From an uncultured cyanobacterium (GTDB taxonomy: Bacteria; Cyanobacteriota; Cyanobacteriia; Pseudanabaenales; Pseudanabaenaceae): DNA of 64,000 nt. The stretch spans positions 2,272,001 through 2,336,000 of the forward strand of contig OY969811.1 of NCBI GenBank assembly GCA_963703315.1, in the 5' to 3' direction. The notes under the pieces were generated by a model, which did no database searches, was not told the origin of the DNA, and worked only from the letters and a program-made list of their open reading frames with translations. Below are positions 49,245 to 59,766 of this stretch, in pieces. The first letter of the stretch is position 1. Each line of letters begins with the position of its first letter. The position numbers were made by a program, and so were the translations under genes.

Positions 49245-50168
49245 ATGAAAATATCTGTTGTTATTCCCACTTATCGGCGATCGCAGGATTTAGTACGTTG
49301 TTTGACGGCATTAAAAAAGCAAATCCGTCCAGTTGATGAACTATGGATTATTGTTCGTGATACTGACGAAGAAACTTGGAAGTTTTTAGAAGATTTTGAG
49401 CGCGAGTCCTTGCCCTTATTGACGGCAACGGTGACGGTGACAGGGGTAGTTGCGGCGATGAATGTAGGACTTGACTCCGCCACTGGTGATATTATCGCCT
49501 TTACCGATGATGATGCTGCACCACATCCTGATTGGCTACAAAGAATAGAAGCTTATTACTTAGGAGATGAAAAGGTTGGGGGAGTTGGCGGTCGGGATTG
49601 GGTCTATCATGGCACGGAGCTAGAGGATGGGGCGCAACCTGTAGTCGGTAAGCTGCAATGGTTTGGACGCTTGATTGGCAATCATCATATTGGTATTGGT
49701 GCAGGTCGCGAAGTGGATGTATTGAAGGGCGTAAATATGAGCTTTCGGCAAAAAGCGATCGCTGATTTACGGTTTGACCACCGAATGCGTGGTACTGGGG
49801 CGCAAGTACATTTTGAAGTAGTTTTTTGCTTAGCTTTAAGACAACGGGGCTGGAACCTAATTTATGACCCTCGCATCGGTGTCGATCATTTTCGTGGCGA
49901 TCGCTTTGATGAAGATCAGCGTGATAGGTTTAACCCGCTTGCCTTGCAAAATGCGGTACATAATGAAACCCTAGCTATATTAGAATATTTATCACCTCTA
50001 CAGCGTTTAGTATTTGCCAATTGGGCGATCGCGATCGGCACAAGAGATGCGCGAGGTTTACTGCAATGGTTGAGATTTTTACCTAAGGAAGGTAAGTTGT
50101 CGGGTCAAAAATTATGGGCTAGCTGGCTGGGACGTTGGGAAGGGTGGCAAACTTACAGACTCAAATAA
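49245..50168 (+). CDS. Glycosyltransferase family 2
   Basis: ISVVIPTYRR, AFTDDD, GVNMSFR. Confidence 0.92.
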   Translation: MKISVVIPTYRRSQDLVRCLTALKKQIRPVDELWIIVRDTDEETWKFLEDFERESLPLLTATVTVTGVVAAMNVGLDSATGDIIAFTDDDAAPHPDWLQRIEAYYLGDEKVGGVGGRDWVYHGTELEDGAQPVVGKLQWFGRLIGNHHIGIGAGREVDVLKGVNMSFRQKAIADLRFDHRMRGTGAQVHFEVVFCLALRQRGWNLIYDPRIGVDHFRGDRFDEDQRDRFNPLALQNAVHNETLAILEYLSPLQRLVFANWAIAIGTRDARGLLQWLRFLPKEGKLSGQKLWASWLGRWEGWQTYRLK

Positions 50169-50214
50169 TAGTGTTGAGTGGCTTTGCCACTCAACACTAT
50201 TATTTGCGCCGTAT

Positions 50215-50703
50215 CTAGAAAGACCGAAAGTATGGATAGCCTTTTGGGGTTCCCAATTCTTTTTCTAGCTCAAAATTAATAATTCCCCAACTTGGTTCTT
50301 GTTCTTCGGGAGGACTAAATTCTACATTCAATCCTGATAACCTTTGTCCATTACCCATAGGTGTAGTTTCGAGATAGGGTTTAACTAGATCAATATAGCG
50401 ATGGGCGATCGTGACTTTAATCGCTCGATACCCCTGAGTATAGAGGCGATCTATACTTTCGTGAATTTCAAAACGAATACCGTCGGGATGCGTATGTTGT
50501 CGATACCATTCACCATTCCATAGCCGCCATTGGCGATCGGACTGTAAATGCACTAAATCTTTGCAGTTAGGCTGCACTTCAAAAGCGCCGTGACGGGGAC
50601 AAAGATAGGTGTCAGTCAAAATCAAGGCAGGAATAATTTGCCGACAATGGGGACATTTAATTTCAGAACCAAAGATCGGGTATTGCTGCACTGATGTAAC
50701 CAT
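50215..50703 (-). CDS. TIGR02652/DUF2396-type conserved cyanobacterial protein
   Basis: YPIFGSEIKCPHCRQ, TDTYLCPRHGAFE, WYRQHTHPDGIRFEIHE. Confidence 0.8.
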   Translation of the reverse strand: MVTSVQQYPIFGSEIKCPHCRQIIPALILTDTYLCPRHGAFEVQPNCKDLVHLQSDRQWRLWNGEWYRQHTHPDGIRFEIHESIDRLYTQGYRAIKVTIAHRYIDLVKPYLETTPMGNGQRLSGLNVEFSPPEEQEPSWGIINFELEKELGTPKGYPYFRSF

Positions 50704-50990
50704 CCTGATGATTTATATAAAAGTTATATAGCTGTCACAAAGAGAGAGTTGCGCTGCAAAGCAGCACAACTCTCTCTTTGGTTTTGATATTGACCTAGCA
50801 TCGCTGTTGATAGCTATAGATATTAGCTAAAATTTTAACACGCCATTTTTTGTAAGTAGCTGGGCGCAATTAAATATAAAACTCCAAAACCTGTGGCGCA
50901 CGCTGCGCGTGCGCCACAGGTTTTGGCTCTGGTTAACTGCTAAAGTCCAAAGAGAGAGGCGGCGCGAAGCGCCGCCTTTCTCTTTGACGT

Positions 50991-51767
50991 TTATTGCTGA
51001 ATAAAATTACACCAGTCTTCCATACCCACACCTGTTTTTGAAGAGACTTCTAGGATTTTAGCTTGAGGGGCAATTTGGTGGATGTTATATAAAGCTAGCT
51101 CACGATTAAACTCGACGACTTCAGCAAGATCGATTTTGCTGATTAACACAATATCCGCAGTTTTAAACATTACGGGATATTTGAGAGGTTTATCTTCACC
51201 TTCGGTCACAGAAAAAAGAATGACACGCAAGCTTTCGCCGAGGTCATAAGCCGCAGGACAAACTAGATTGCCAACATTCTCGATCGCTAATAACTTCACA
51301 CCATCAAGGTGCATTTGTTGTAAGGCTTTAGCAATCATTTCTGCTTCTAGATGACAAACAGAACCTGTGGTAATTTGGATTACCTCTGCGCCCGATCGCC
51401 TTAATCTTTGAGCATCATTATCGGTTGCCAAATCGCCCACAATTACGGCTGAGGGTAAGCGATCGCGCAGTTCTGTCATCGTACGTTCTAATAGAGCCGT
51501 TTTACCTGCTCCGGGGGAAGACAGCACATTTAAAACCTTCAGTCCCTTTGCCATGAAGTAACCGCGATTGCGCTCGGCAAGGCGATCATTTTGCGACAGA
51601 ATGGACTGAGTAACCGAAATCGTGCGGCGATCGCTATCTAAATGAAGATGTTCATGATCGTGAGCATGGGCATGATCGTGGGGATGGGCATGATCGTGGG
51701 GATGATCATGGGTATGGATTTTGACCATTCCTTCAGGAATATCGCCACAGCCGCAATCTTGACACAT
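50991..51767 (-). CDS. hypB: Hydrogenase nickel incorporation GTPase HypB
   Basis: MCQDCGC, His-rich repeats, [32 protein letters not shown]. Confidence 0.96.
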   Translation of the reverse strand: MCQDCGCGDIPEGMVKIHTHDHPHDHAHPHDHAHAHDHEHLHLDSDRRTISVTQSILSQNDRLAERNRGYFMAKGLKVLNVLSSPGAGKTALLERTMTELRDRLPSAVIVGDLATDNDAQRLRRSGAEVIQITTGSVCHLEAEMIAKALQQMHLDGVKLLAIENVGNLVCPAAYDLGESLRVILFSVTEGEDKPLKYPVMFKTADIVLISKIDLAEVVEFNRELALYNIHQIAPQAKILEVSSKTGVGMEDWCNFIQQ

Positions 51768-51768
51768 A

Positions 51769-52110
51769 TTAGGAAACCTCCAAAGAGACTAATTGCAACT
51801 CTCGACCTTGGCGAATCTCATGGGTGAGGCGATCGCAACGAGGACAAACATATACCCAATCATGGGGAATAAATTCTGCATGACAGCGAGGACAGTAGCA
51901 GATCGCCTTAACCCACTCTATCTCTAACTTCGCATCAGCAGCGATAGTTCCTTCTGTGCAAGCATCAAAGGCAAACTGTAAGGCTTCAGGCACAACTCCT
52001 GCGATCGCGCCGATTCGCAAATTTAGTTGATGGATATGATTAGCACCTTGAGACTGGGCATTGTCAAAGGCAATGTCTAGCATTGATTGGATGATACTAA
52101 CTTCGTGCAT
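51769..52110 (-). CDS. hypA: Hydrogenase nickel metallochaperone HypA
   Basis: MHE start, two CPRC motifs, GRELQL. Confidence 0.96.
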   Translation of the reverse strand: MHEVSIIQSMLDIAFDNAQSQGANHIHQLNLRIGAIAGVVPEALQFAFDACTEGTIAADAKLEIEWVKAICYCPRCHAEFIPHDWVYVCPRCDRLTHEIRQGRELQLVSLEVS

Positions 52111-52622
52111 AGGTTTTTGAGGAAATCGACAGCTTGCTCAATACTTTTGCGTGTCACGACGGATAGTTGTTCGCCAAATTCCCAATTCACCGCAGGCAGC
52201 AATAGCGAATATGCCACAGGCACTTCGCCATATACCTGTTGTGCCAACAAAAGTAACGATTTTGGATCGGAGATATGTCCAAGTTCTGCTAATGGGAATG
52301 GTGCAGGCACGATTTGTTTTGATACTGCGATGCGTTGCACTTGGACGATGGAGTCTGATTTTTTGCGCTTACTTACTAAATCATGACCATTCACACAGGC
52401 ATCAATAAAGATTGCTAACTCTGACTGGGCAATCGGTTCTGCGAGTTCGGGAGTCAGTTGGTGTACAGTTAGCGATCGCACATAGGGCAGTTCCCAACTA
52501 GCCACAATATCCGACACTCGACATCCTGCCCCGTCATCACTTCTAAGGGAATTGCCATAGCCAATCACTAGAATTGATCCAAAATTAGAAGTAGCCAATT
52601 TTTTAATTTTTGCAATATTCAA
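52077..52622 (-). CDS. hoxW: Hydrogenase maturation protease
   Basis: LVIGYGNSLRSDDGAG, HQLTPELA, FIDA, GH..DP; near the hox operon; start uncertain. Confidence 0.85.
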   Translation of the reverse strand: MNIAKIKKLATSNFGSILVIGYGNSLRSDDGAGCRVSDIVASWELPYVRSLTVHQLTPELAEPIAQSELAIFIDACVNGHDLVSKRKKSDSIVQVQRIAVSKQIVPAPFPLAELGHISDPKSLLLLAQQVYGEVPVAYSLLLPAVNWEFGEQLSVVTRKSIEQAVDFLKNLCTKLVSSNQC

Positions 52623-52833
52623 GTATTTGATATGTCTATCTTCTCTCTATTAGCTCCAACTAGCCAATTTCTTTCAGTAAAATTAACAAACAGATACCAA
52701 AATTCTCAATTTTTGTGGCGCGGCAAAGCCGCGCCACAAAAATTGAGTTTACTGCGCGTCCTATCTAAAAAGCCAAAAGCCTGTGGCGCACGTGCAGCGT
52801 GCGCCACAGGCTTTTGGTTTTGCGCTTAGTTAC

Positions 52834-53382
52834 TTAATCCCATTTACATAGTTGCGATGGAGGTGTAAGCAGAGGTTTATCGTATTGATGAAATCCTGTG
52901 ATATCTAACGCGGCATGATTAAACAAAATCCATTCACTACGTCCGCCGCGATCCACCGCAGTCCGAATCACTCTGCCATTTTTTAGGCTCAGATGCCCTT
53001 CCTCATCCCACTTAAATTCACTAGTCGGAATACTAATCCATTGGCGACCACCCCAAGATACAGCTAGGGCTTGTCCTGTAATGAAACTGCCCTTAGTTTT
53101 ACCACGTACACAGATCAAATCATCTGTATGGGGATAGGCATAATATCCATCAACGCGATCGCCGCTTTTGGCAAAATTAAAACAAACTCCCGCACCAGCA
53201 CGCCAATCACGGGGTTGTGGCTGACTACAAAATTGATAATTTCCATCGGCTAAAGTGGCGATCGCATTTTGAGCTTGAGCATCATCACTATGAATTAACA
53301 CACCTGTGGAGATAGCTACCAAAATTACGCCACAGAACTTGAGGAGATTGTTCTTAGCAAACACAACTGCATCACCTCCCAA
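52834..53382 (-). CDS. Exported hypothetical protein
   Basis: Signal peptide ending AQA; four Cys in the mature part; start uncertain. Confidence 0.7.
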   Translation of the reverse strand: MGGDAVVFAKNNLLKFCGVILVAISTGVLIHSDDAQAQNAIATLADGNYQFCSQPQPRDWRAGAGVCFNFAKSGDRVDGYYAYPHTDDLICVRGKTKGSFITGQALAVSWGGRQWISIPTSEFKWDEEGHLSLKNGRVIRTAVDRGGRSEWILFNHAALDITGFHQYDKPLLTPPSQLCKWD

Positions 53383-53603
53383 ATATAGGAAGTCGCTTAT
53401 AGGCTAGGGAGGTAAAGGAGTTTTTATCCACCTTTGGCGGAGAAAAACTCCTCTGTACCTTGCTTGAAAAGCGCTATATCTCTATTTTATGCCTTTTCCA
53501 AAATAATCAGAGAATGTACACATCTCTTAGGGTTGTGCGATTTAATAATTTTGTGGCGCGGCGAAGCCGCGCCACAAAATTATTAAATCGCCTCGGTAAA
53601 AAT

Positions 53604-54650
53604 ATGTCCCTAGAACAAATATCCTGCCCGATCGCTTTCCAGCAATATCCCCAAATTCTTTTGGCTCATGGTGGTGGTGGTCGGTTAACGCATCAACTCA
53701 TTTCTGAGATATTTGCTCCTGCTTTTGGCATGGGCGATCGCGCTCAGCAGGATGCAGCGACTTTTTCATTGTCAGCAAAAAAAATAGCTTTCACGACAGA
53801 TTCCTATGTAGTAAAGCCACTCTTTTTTGCGGGGGGAGATATTGGTGCTTTGGCGGTAAATGGAACTGTGAATGATCTAGCGATGATGGGGGCAAAACCA
53901 CTGTATTTGAGTGCAGGTTTCATTTTAGAAGAGGGCTTACCAATGGATACGCTGTGGCGCGTGGTGCAATCGATGCGTCAGGCTGCCGAGATTACAGGAG
54001 TACAGATCGTCACGGGTGACACGAAGGTAGTCGATCGCGGTAAAGGGGATGGCATTTTTATTAATACATCGGGCATTGGGGCGATCGCGACAGATTTAGA
54101 AATTACACCGCATTCGATTTGTGAAGGAGATGTAATTCTGTTAAATGGGGATATCGGTCGTCATGGCATTGCAATTATGGCGGCAAGAGAAGGTTTGGAA
54201 TTTGAGACAGAGATTCAAAGCGATTGTATGGCTTTAGCGGATCTAGTGATGGCTTTGCTAGATGGTGGTGTGGAAATTCATGCGATGCGCGATTTAACTC
54301 GTGGTGGTTTGGCAACATCGCTAAATGAATTAGCAAGTACTGCCCATGTCCATATCGCCTTAGAAGAAACAGCGATCGCTGTTCAAGAAGATGTCAGAGC
54401 AGTCTGTGAAATTTTAGGACTTGATCCTCTCTATGTCGCCAACGAAGGTCGGTTTGTGACTTTTGTACCTGCATCACAGGCGGAAAAGGCGATCGCTATT
54501 GCTCACAATTTTCCTGAAGCAGGTGGACAGATGCGTGTAATCGGTCGAGTTAGCGATCGCGACAAATCCCTAGTATCTTTGCGGGGTCAGATTGGAGTTA
54601 GTCGGATTTTGAGTATGCTCAGTGGCGAACAGTTACCCCGCATTTGCTAA
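53604..54650 (+). CDS. hypE: Hydrogenase maturation protein HypE
   Basis: [30 protein letters not shown]-terminal PRIC; ATG at 53604 preferred. Confidence 0.96.
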   Translation: MSLEQISCPIAFQQYPQILLAHGGGGRLTHQLISEIFAPAFGMGDRAQQDAATFSLSAKKIAFTTDSYVVKPLFFAGGDIGALAVNGTVNDLAMMGAKPLYLSAGFILEEGLPMDTLWRVVQSMRQAAEITGVQIVTGDTKVVDRGKGDGIFINTSGIGAIATDLEITPHSICEGDVILLNGDIGRHGIAIMAAREGLEFETEIQSDCMALADLVMALLDGGVEIHAMRDLTRGGLATSLNELASTAHVHIALEETAIAVQEDVRAVCEILGLDPLYVANEGRFVTFVPASQAEKAIAIAHNFPEAGGQMRVIGRVSDRDKSLVSLRGQIGVSRILSMLSGEQLPRIC

Positions 54651-54738
54651 ACCAAAGAGAGTGGCGGCGCGAAGCGCCGCCACTCTCTTTTATCTTAAAA
54701 CGAACCCCAAGAGTTATTTTGAAAGTGTTGCTTTGCAA

Positions 54739-54956
54739 CCCACATTCCGCTCGTAATGGAGGCCTAAAAATATTTACAACGAGACAATGAGGGTTTCAGC
54801 GATTTTCTGGAAAATTAATGATAATGACTCCTATTAGTACGTCATTATTGACAATATTAAGATAGTGTTATTTTTCTGACGAAAGCCCAAAATACTTACT
54901 GTATAAGGATTTGTTTTCTAAATATTTTTTTCAGTAAAATAAGAGCGGAATGTGGG
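54739..54956. mobile_element. 218-bp MITE nested in a palindromic repeat
   Basis: Perfect 14-bp TIR CCCACATTCCGCTC / GAGCGGAATGTGGG; 6-bp duplication TTGCAA at 54733-54738 and 54957-54962. Confidence 0.88.
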
Positions 54957-55073
54957 TTGCAACACTTTCAAAATAACTCTTGGTTTGGGTTTGAGCGCTT
55001 TGCACTGTATGAAAATATTACAGTTAGATACAGATGCTTAATTGAGAGAAATTAATTTCCAAAGGAGGTAAAA

Positions 55074-55310
55074 ATGATTACCACAAAAAACAAACAACCC
55101 TCGCCCTACTCAATTGATGCCATCAAGCATGATGCTTGTAATCTAGTTGAAGAAGGTTGCATCAATCGGTTACAACCCATTTATAAGCTCTGTCAATTTT
55201 ATGGCGATCGCGATTGGGTATGCATCGAGTGTGAGTTGGAGCGCAATGACTTTTTTCTACGCGATCGGATTATTGACTTGCTAGATAGTCAAGAAATACG
55301 AGAAGACTAG
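55074..55310 (+). CDS. DUF4327 family protein
   Basis: YSIDAIK..LVEEG.I.R.QPIY.LC, W..IE.ELE..DF.LRDRIIDL; strong RBS AGGAGG. Confidence 0.85.
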   Translation: MITTKNKQPSPYSIDAIKHDACNLVEEGCINRLQPIYKLCQFYGDRDWVCIECELERNDFFLRDRIIDLLDSQEIRED

Positions 55311-55945
55311 TGATTAGCTAATTGAAAACAGGATAAAGCTTCTGCTGTCTTTACTTCAGGAAAATGCTTATAGAAGTAGCTGACGCTCACAAATACTTCA
55401 GGTCGTTCTAATAAAATTATTTTATCGATGCGTGTGGCGATCGCACTAGGCATTTGCAGAGGGGCGACAGGAGAGGCTAGCCAAACTTCTCGATAGGGCA
55501 GAGCTTTCATCGCAGCCGCAATTACGGCGATCGTTGCGCCCGTCGCAATCCCATCATCGACAAGAATAGCAGTTGCATCAGCAATCTCTAAATTAGGTCG
55601 GAAGTTTTGAAATGCACGCAGTAACCCTTCTGCTTTAGCACGAGCATTGTGGACAGCATGAGACCACTCGCTAGGTGTGCAGTAGTCCTTTCCCATATCC
55701 AACATATATCCGTCCGCCGTGATTGCACCTAAGGCAGTTTCAGGATTGAGGGGAAGTGCTATTTTTTTGGCGATCGCCACATCTAGAGGACAACCCAATT
55801 GCTGGGCGATCGGTGCAGCAACTAATATTCCTCCACGAGGGATACCATATACAATCGGATTTATCGGCTTTTCTTTAACAATTATTTCCGCTAATTGACA
55901 GCCAGCAGTATACCGATCTTCAAACAAACTCAGTACTTGTTGCAT
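55307..55945 (-). CDS. Phosphoribosyltransferase-family protein
   Basis: FEDRYTAG, GIPRGG, ILVDDGIATGAT PRPP-binding motif; ATG at 55945 preferred. Confidence 0.88.
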   Translation of the reverse strand: MQQVLSLFEDRYTAGCQLAEIIVKEKPINPIVYGIPRGGILVAAPIAQQLGCPLDVAIAKKIALPLNPETALGAITADGYMLDMGKDYCTPSEWSHAVHNARAKAEGLLRAFQNFRPNLEIADATAILVDDGIATGATIAVIAAAMKALPYREVWLASPVAPLQMPSAIATRIDKIILLERPEVFVSVSYFYKHFPEVKTAEALSCFQLANH

Positions 55946-56093
55946 GGAGAGTAATACCTCCTCAAGAATAGACTTGGGTAAACCAAGTCGCAAATTCTTA
56001 ATTATCTATTCACTTCCATTATATAGCGCCAAAACTATCGCCATAATGTTCTGTGCGTACACACAGAACATTATGGTGATAGTTGGTAAAAAC

Positions 56094-57521
56094 TTAAGAA
56101 TTTCGGCTTATTTCCTTAAAAACATTGCCGTCAGCGCCAATTAACTGCACCTGCATTGGCATCTGTCCATAGGCATGGGTAGAGCAACTTAAGCAAGGAT
56201 CAAAATTGCGAATCCCTGCTTCTACTCGATTGAGGAAACCTTCCGATACATCGCCATTGTGAATGTAGTGCTTAGCAATCTGGGCAACGGTTTTATTCAT
56301 CGCCAAGTTATTGTGACCTGTGGCAATAATCAAGTTTACTTTTTTAATCACACCATTTTCATCGACATGGTAATGATGGAACAATGTCCCGCGAGGAGCT
56401 TCACTGACACCGATCCCTTCAAGGGCATTGATCCCCGCTTGGGCGCGAGTATGGGACGACATCACATCAGGATCTTCCACGAGTTCGCCAATCTTCTCGA
56501 CGGCAGCTAAAATCTCAATTAATCTTGCATAGTGATACAAGAAGGAAGATGTGGCAATCCTACCAGCGCGATCGCGAAATTCTTGTAACTCCTGATTAGC
56601 TTTGGGCGTGTCGATATATTCACAAACATTCAACCGCGCAAGGGGACCAACGCGATAAATACCATCGGGATAGCCAAGGGGTTTGTAATAGGGAAATTTT
56701 AGGTATGACCAAGGCTCAACCGCTTCACCGATATATTGTTGATAGTCATCTTCGCTGAGGTGATCAGCGACTATTTGCCCCTGACTATCGACAAAGCGAA
56801 TATGTCCGCCGTAATGTTCCCATTCACCATTTTTGCCGACTAAGCTCATAAATAGCGAAGGGAAGTTGCCAAAAACATCTACTTCGGTTTTCAGTTCGTT
56901 TAAAAGATTTTTAAATAAAGCGATCGCATTTTCAATCGTGGCAAGAGATTCGGGTAGGCGATCGCGTATCCATGCCCGACCTTCTTCACTAAGAGGCGAT
57001 CGGACACCACCCGCCACTGCCCAAGCCGTATGAATTTTCTTTGCGCCAAGGATTTCAATGATTTGCTGTCCAAATTGCCGTAAGCGGATACCACCTCGTG
57101 CCAAATCAGGATTTGCTGCCATTAATCCAAATACATTTCGTAATGCAGGATTGCTATCCCAACCGAGCAGAAAGTCGGGTGAACTGAGATGGAAGAATGA
57201 AAGGGCATGGGATTGGGTAATTTGCGCCAAATTCATCATTCGGCGCAGTTTCTCGCCCGCAGGAGGGATTTTTACTGCCAGCAATTTATCGCCTGTTTTC
57301 GCGGAGGCGAGTAAGTGACTGACAGGACAAATGCCACATATTCGCGAAGTGATTCCCGCCATTTCCCACATGGGACGACCTTCACAAAATTTCTCAAAGC
57401 CTCGATATTCCACTACATGAAAATGCGCGTCCGACACCTCGCCAAGATCATCTAGAAAGATCGAGATCTTGGCATGACCTTCAATGCGCGTGACGGGATC
57501 AATTACAACTGTTTTAGACAT
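56094..57521 (-). CDS. hoxH: Bidirectional [NiFe]-hydrogenase large subunit
   Basis: [33 protein letters not shown] plus C-terminal extension. Confidence 0.97.
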   Translation of the reverse strand: MSKTVVIDPVTRIEGHAKISIFLDDLGEVSDAHFHVVEYRGFEKFCEGRPMWEMAGITSRICGICPVSHLLASAKTGDKLLAVKIPPAGEKLRRMMNLAQITQSHALSFFHLSSPDFLLGWDSNPALRNVFGLMAANPDLARGGIRLRQFGQQIIEILGAKKIHTAWAVAGGVRSPLSEEGRAWIRDRLPESLATIENAIALFKNLLNELKTEVDVFGNFPSLFMSLVGKNGEWEHYGGHIRFVDSQGQIVADHLSEDDYQQYIGEAVEPWSYLKFPYYKPLGYPDGIYRVGPLARLNVCEYIDTPKANQELQEFRDRAGRIATSSFLYHYARLIEILAAVEKIGELVEDPDVMSSHTRAQAGINALEGIGVSEAPRGTLFHHYHVDENGVIKKVNLIIATGHNNLAMNKTVAQIAKHYIHNGDVSEGFLNRVEAGIRNFDPCLSCSTHAYGQMPMQVQLIGADGNVFKEISRNS

Positions 57522-57543
57522 TGATTTATTTCTCCTTATTAGT

Positions 57544-58479
57544 TTAGTTTCTTTGGCATTGATAGAGAGAAATCTGGTCTTTTATCTCATTCTTGGATTC
57601 TTTACACCAAAGATTAAGATCGACTACATAGGTGTCTTTCCGAATTCTCTGTTGAGATTGTTGTTTGTTTTGTTCTGATTCTGCGACATCTTTGCTGGGA
57701 AAACCTGATATAGCCGTAACATACCAGTTTCCTTTTTTATAAAGACCTACGGACTGGTTTGGGAAAATCGTTTTTGCATTGCTAATCTCATAACTTGCTT
57801 CTGCAAAATTGTCATCACTACCAAAAACAATTGCCCATTTTGGTGTTTTTTTATCACCAGTGGCAACGATAGGGGCTGGTTGTTCTTGGATTTTTTGAGC
57901 AATTTCTTGAGACAATTTAATAACTTCAGTATCTGAACTTTTAGTATTTTGTATGGCAGAGACAACCGCTACTTGATTTTTTTTGTTTTCTCCAATTTCG
58001 CTTAGTCTTTGTAAGGCAATCTTACGCTGTTCGTTATCAAATTTACCAAAGCTTGTTGATCCTATAATCTTCGCTAGTAGGTTAGTACCTCCTTTTTCTG
58101 GAATAAGTGAAGCTAGTTCAATTACCAGCCTTCGATCTTCTGAATTACGAGATGATGAAATCGCCAAGAGTGCGCTTTCTGGAGCAGGTGGCTCTTTGGC
58201 TAGTTCAGGAAGAAATTGTTGAATAATTCCTAGCTCTTGGGATCTGATTTCACGCTGCTTTGATTCATATCCAATTACTGCGCCAATAGTTCCACTACTT
58301 AGAATAGTTGTCAAAATGGCAAATGTAGTTTGCCAAAGACTTTTTTTCTCAGGAGGGTTACTTTGAGGACTAAAGTTGTCATTGGTTGTAGAGGGAGAGA
58401 GCCTCTCTAATTGCTTGGATAATTCATGAATCTGTTTTTGTTGTGCCTCAAGCAAAACTTTGATATCTTCATCATTCAT
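57544..58479 (-). CDS. Membrane-anchored hypothetical protein with C-terminal SPOR-like domain
   Basis: N-terminal coiled coil, TM segment, helical middle, WAIVFGSD...LYKKGNWY..F...AE; AT-rich, no HIP1. Confidence 0.7.
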   Translation of the reverse strand: MNDEDIKVLLEAQQKQIHELSKQLERLSPSTTNDNFSPQSNPPEKKSLWQTTFAILTTILSSGTIGAVIGYESKQREIRSQELGIIQQFLPELAKEPPAPESALLAISSSRNSEDRRLVIELASLIPEKGGTNLLAKIIGSTSFGKFDNEQRKIALQRLSEIGENKKNQVAVVSAIQNTKSSDTEVIKLSQEIAQKIQEQPAPIVATGDKKTPKWAIVFGSDDNFAEASYEISNAKTIFPNQSVGLYKKGNWYVTAISGFPSKDVAESEQNKQQSQQRIRKDTYVVDLNLWCKESKNEIKDQISLYQCQRN

Positions 58480-58495
58480 ACATTTGTTTTACTAT

Positions 58496-59047
58496 CTATC
58501 CAAACTTAATCATTTCACGACCTTCCATCACAGGCATTTCACCTTTTAGTAAAGGCGCGATCGCCGCTTTGATGCGATCCGCCGAAGGAGGACATCCCGG
58601 AATATACATATCCACTTTCACAACTTCGTGGACGGGCATTACCTTTTCCAAGAGTTCAGGCACAATTCCGGGAGCGTAGGGTAACTGTGGCGTGACATCA
58701 CCGAGTTCCAGATAGCTGCGCCGTAACACCATATCCGCATTGTCGCTACCCATCATGTTTCGCATTGCAGGGACATTGGCAGTTACCGCACAGTCACCAA
58801 AGGAAATCAGGAACTTAGTTTGCTGACGGATTTTGTGAATTAGTTCCAGATTTTCTACGTTAGCGATCGCCCCTTCCACAAGGCAAACATCGACATTTTC
58901 GGGATATTCCTTAATATCGGCGATCGGGCTATGCACGATATCAGCATATTTCACCAGTTCAAATAGCCATTCGTCTAAGTCCAAAAAAGACATATGACAG
59001 CCCGAACAACCTGCTAGCCAAACCGTTGCTAATCTTATCTTGTCCAC
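58496..59047 (-). CDS. hoxY: Bidirectional hydrogenase small subunit
   Basis: WLAGCSGCHMS, FGDCA, PGCPP. Confidence 0.96.
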   Translation of the reverse strand: MDKIRLATVWLAGCSGCHMSFLDLDEWLFELVKYADIVHSPIADIKEYPENVDVCLVEGAIANVENLELIHKIRQQTKFLISFGDCAVTANVPAMRNMMGSDNADMVLRRSYLELGDVTPQLPYAPGIVPELLEKVMPVHEVVKVDMYIPGCPPSADRIKAAIAPLLKGEMPVMEGREMIKFG

Positions 59048-59751
59048 TGTTTCTGCTCCCTTGCAATGACTATAAATTCGAGCTTGGTGCGATCGCGTTG
59101 CATTTCACCAACAGCAGAACCCTTATCAAAAATGGCTCCCGTTGGGCAAGCATCCACACATTTTCCGCAGGATGTACAGGCATCGACTTCACCCCAAGGC
59201 TGATCGAGTCCTGTAATTAGTTTCGACTGTGCGCCGCGATTTGCCACATCCCAGACGTGCGCTCCTTCGATTTCATCGCATACCCGCACACAGCGCGTGC
59301 AGAAGATGCAACGGTTATGATCGATGCCAAATAAATCGTGGGACAGATCGACATCGCGTTGTGGAAACTGATAAGGAAATCGCGAATGCTCCATACCTGT
59401 GGCGATCGCCATATTTTGCAGTTCGCAGTTACCATTGGCAACACAAACCGCACAAACGTGATTGCCCTCCGCAAACAGCATTTCCACAACCATTTTGCGG
59501 TAGTTGTTTAACTGATCGGTATGGGTGTGTACTTCCATACCTTCCGCAACTTGGGTAACACAGGCAGCCAGTAATTTATTACTGCCCTTGACTTCCACCA
59601 TGCAGAGGCGACAGGCTCCCACATCGGTTACGCCTTCTAAATGACAAAGGGTGGGAATGGTGATCCCTGCTTCTTTTGCCGTAGCGAGAATGCTTTTGCC
59701 TTGCTCGGCAGCAACTTCGATATTGTTAATTTTGAGGGTGACAACTGACAT
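59035..59751 (-). CDS. hoxU: Diaphorase subunit HoxU
   Basis: IPTLCH, GACRLC, HVCAVC, CIFCTRC, CTSCGKCVDACP. Confidence 0.96.
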   Translation of the reverse strand: MSVVTLKINNIEVAAEQGKSILATAKEAGITIPTLCHLEGVTDVGACRLCMVEVKGSNKLLAACVTQVAEGMEVHTHTDQLNNYRKMVVEMLFAEGNHVCAVCVANGNCELQNMAIATGMEHSRFPYQFPQRDVDLSHDLFGIDHNRCIFCTRCVRVCDEIEGAHVWDVANRGAQSKLITGLDQPWGEVDACTSCGKCVDACPTGAIFDKGSAVGEMQRDRTKLEFIVIAREQKQWTR

Positions 59752-59766
59752 TTTTGTTTACCTAAA

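Noticed and set aside
51650..51720. Short tandem repeats (18-nt period)
   Set aside because: They encode the normal His-rich metal-binding tract of HypB
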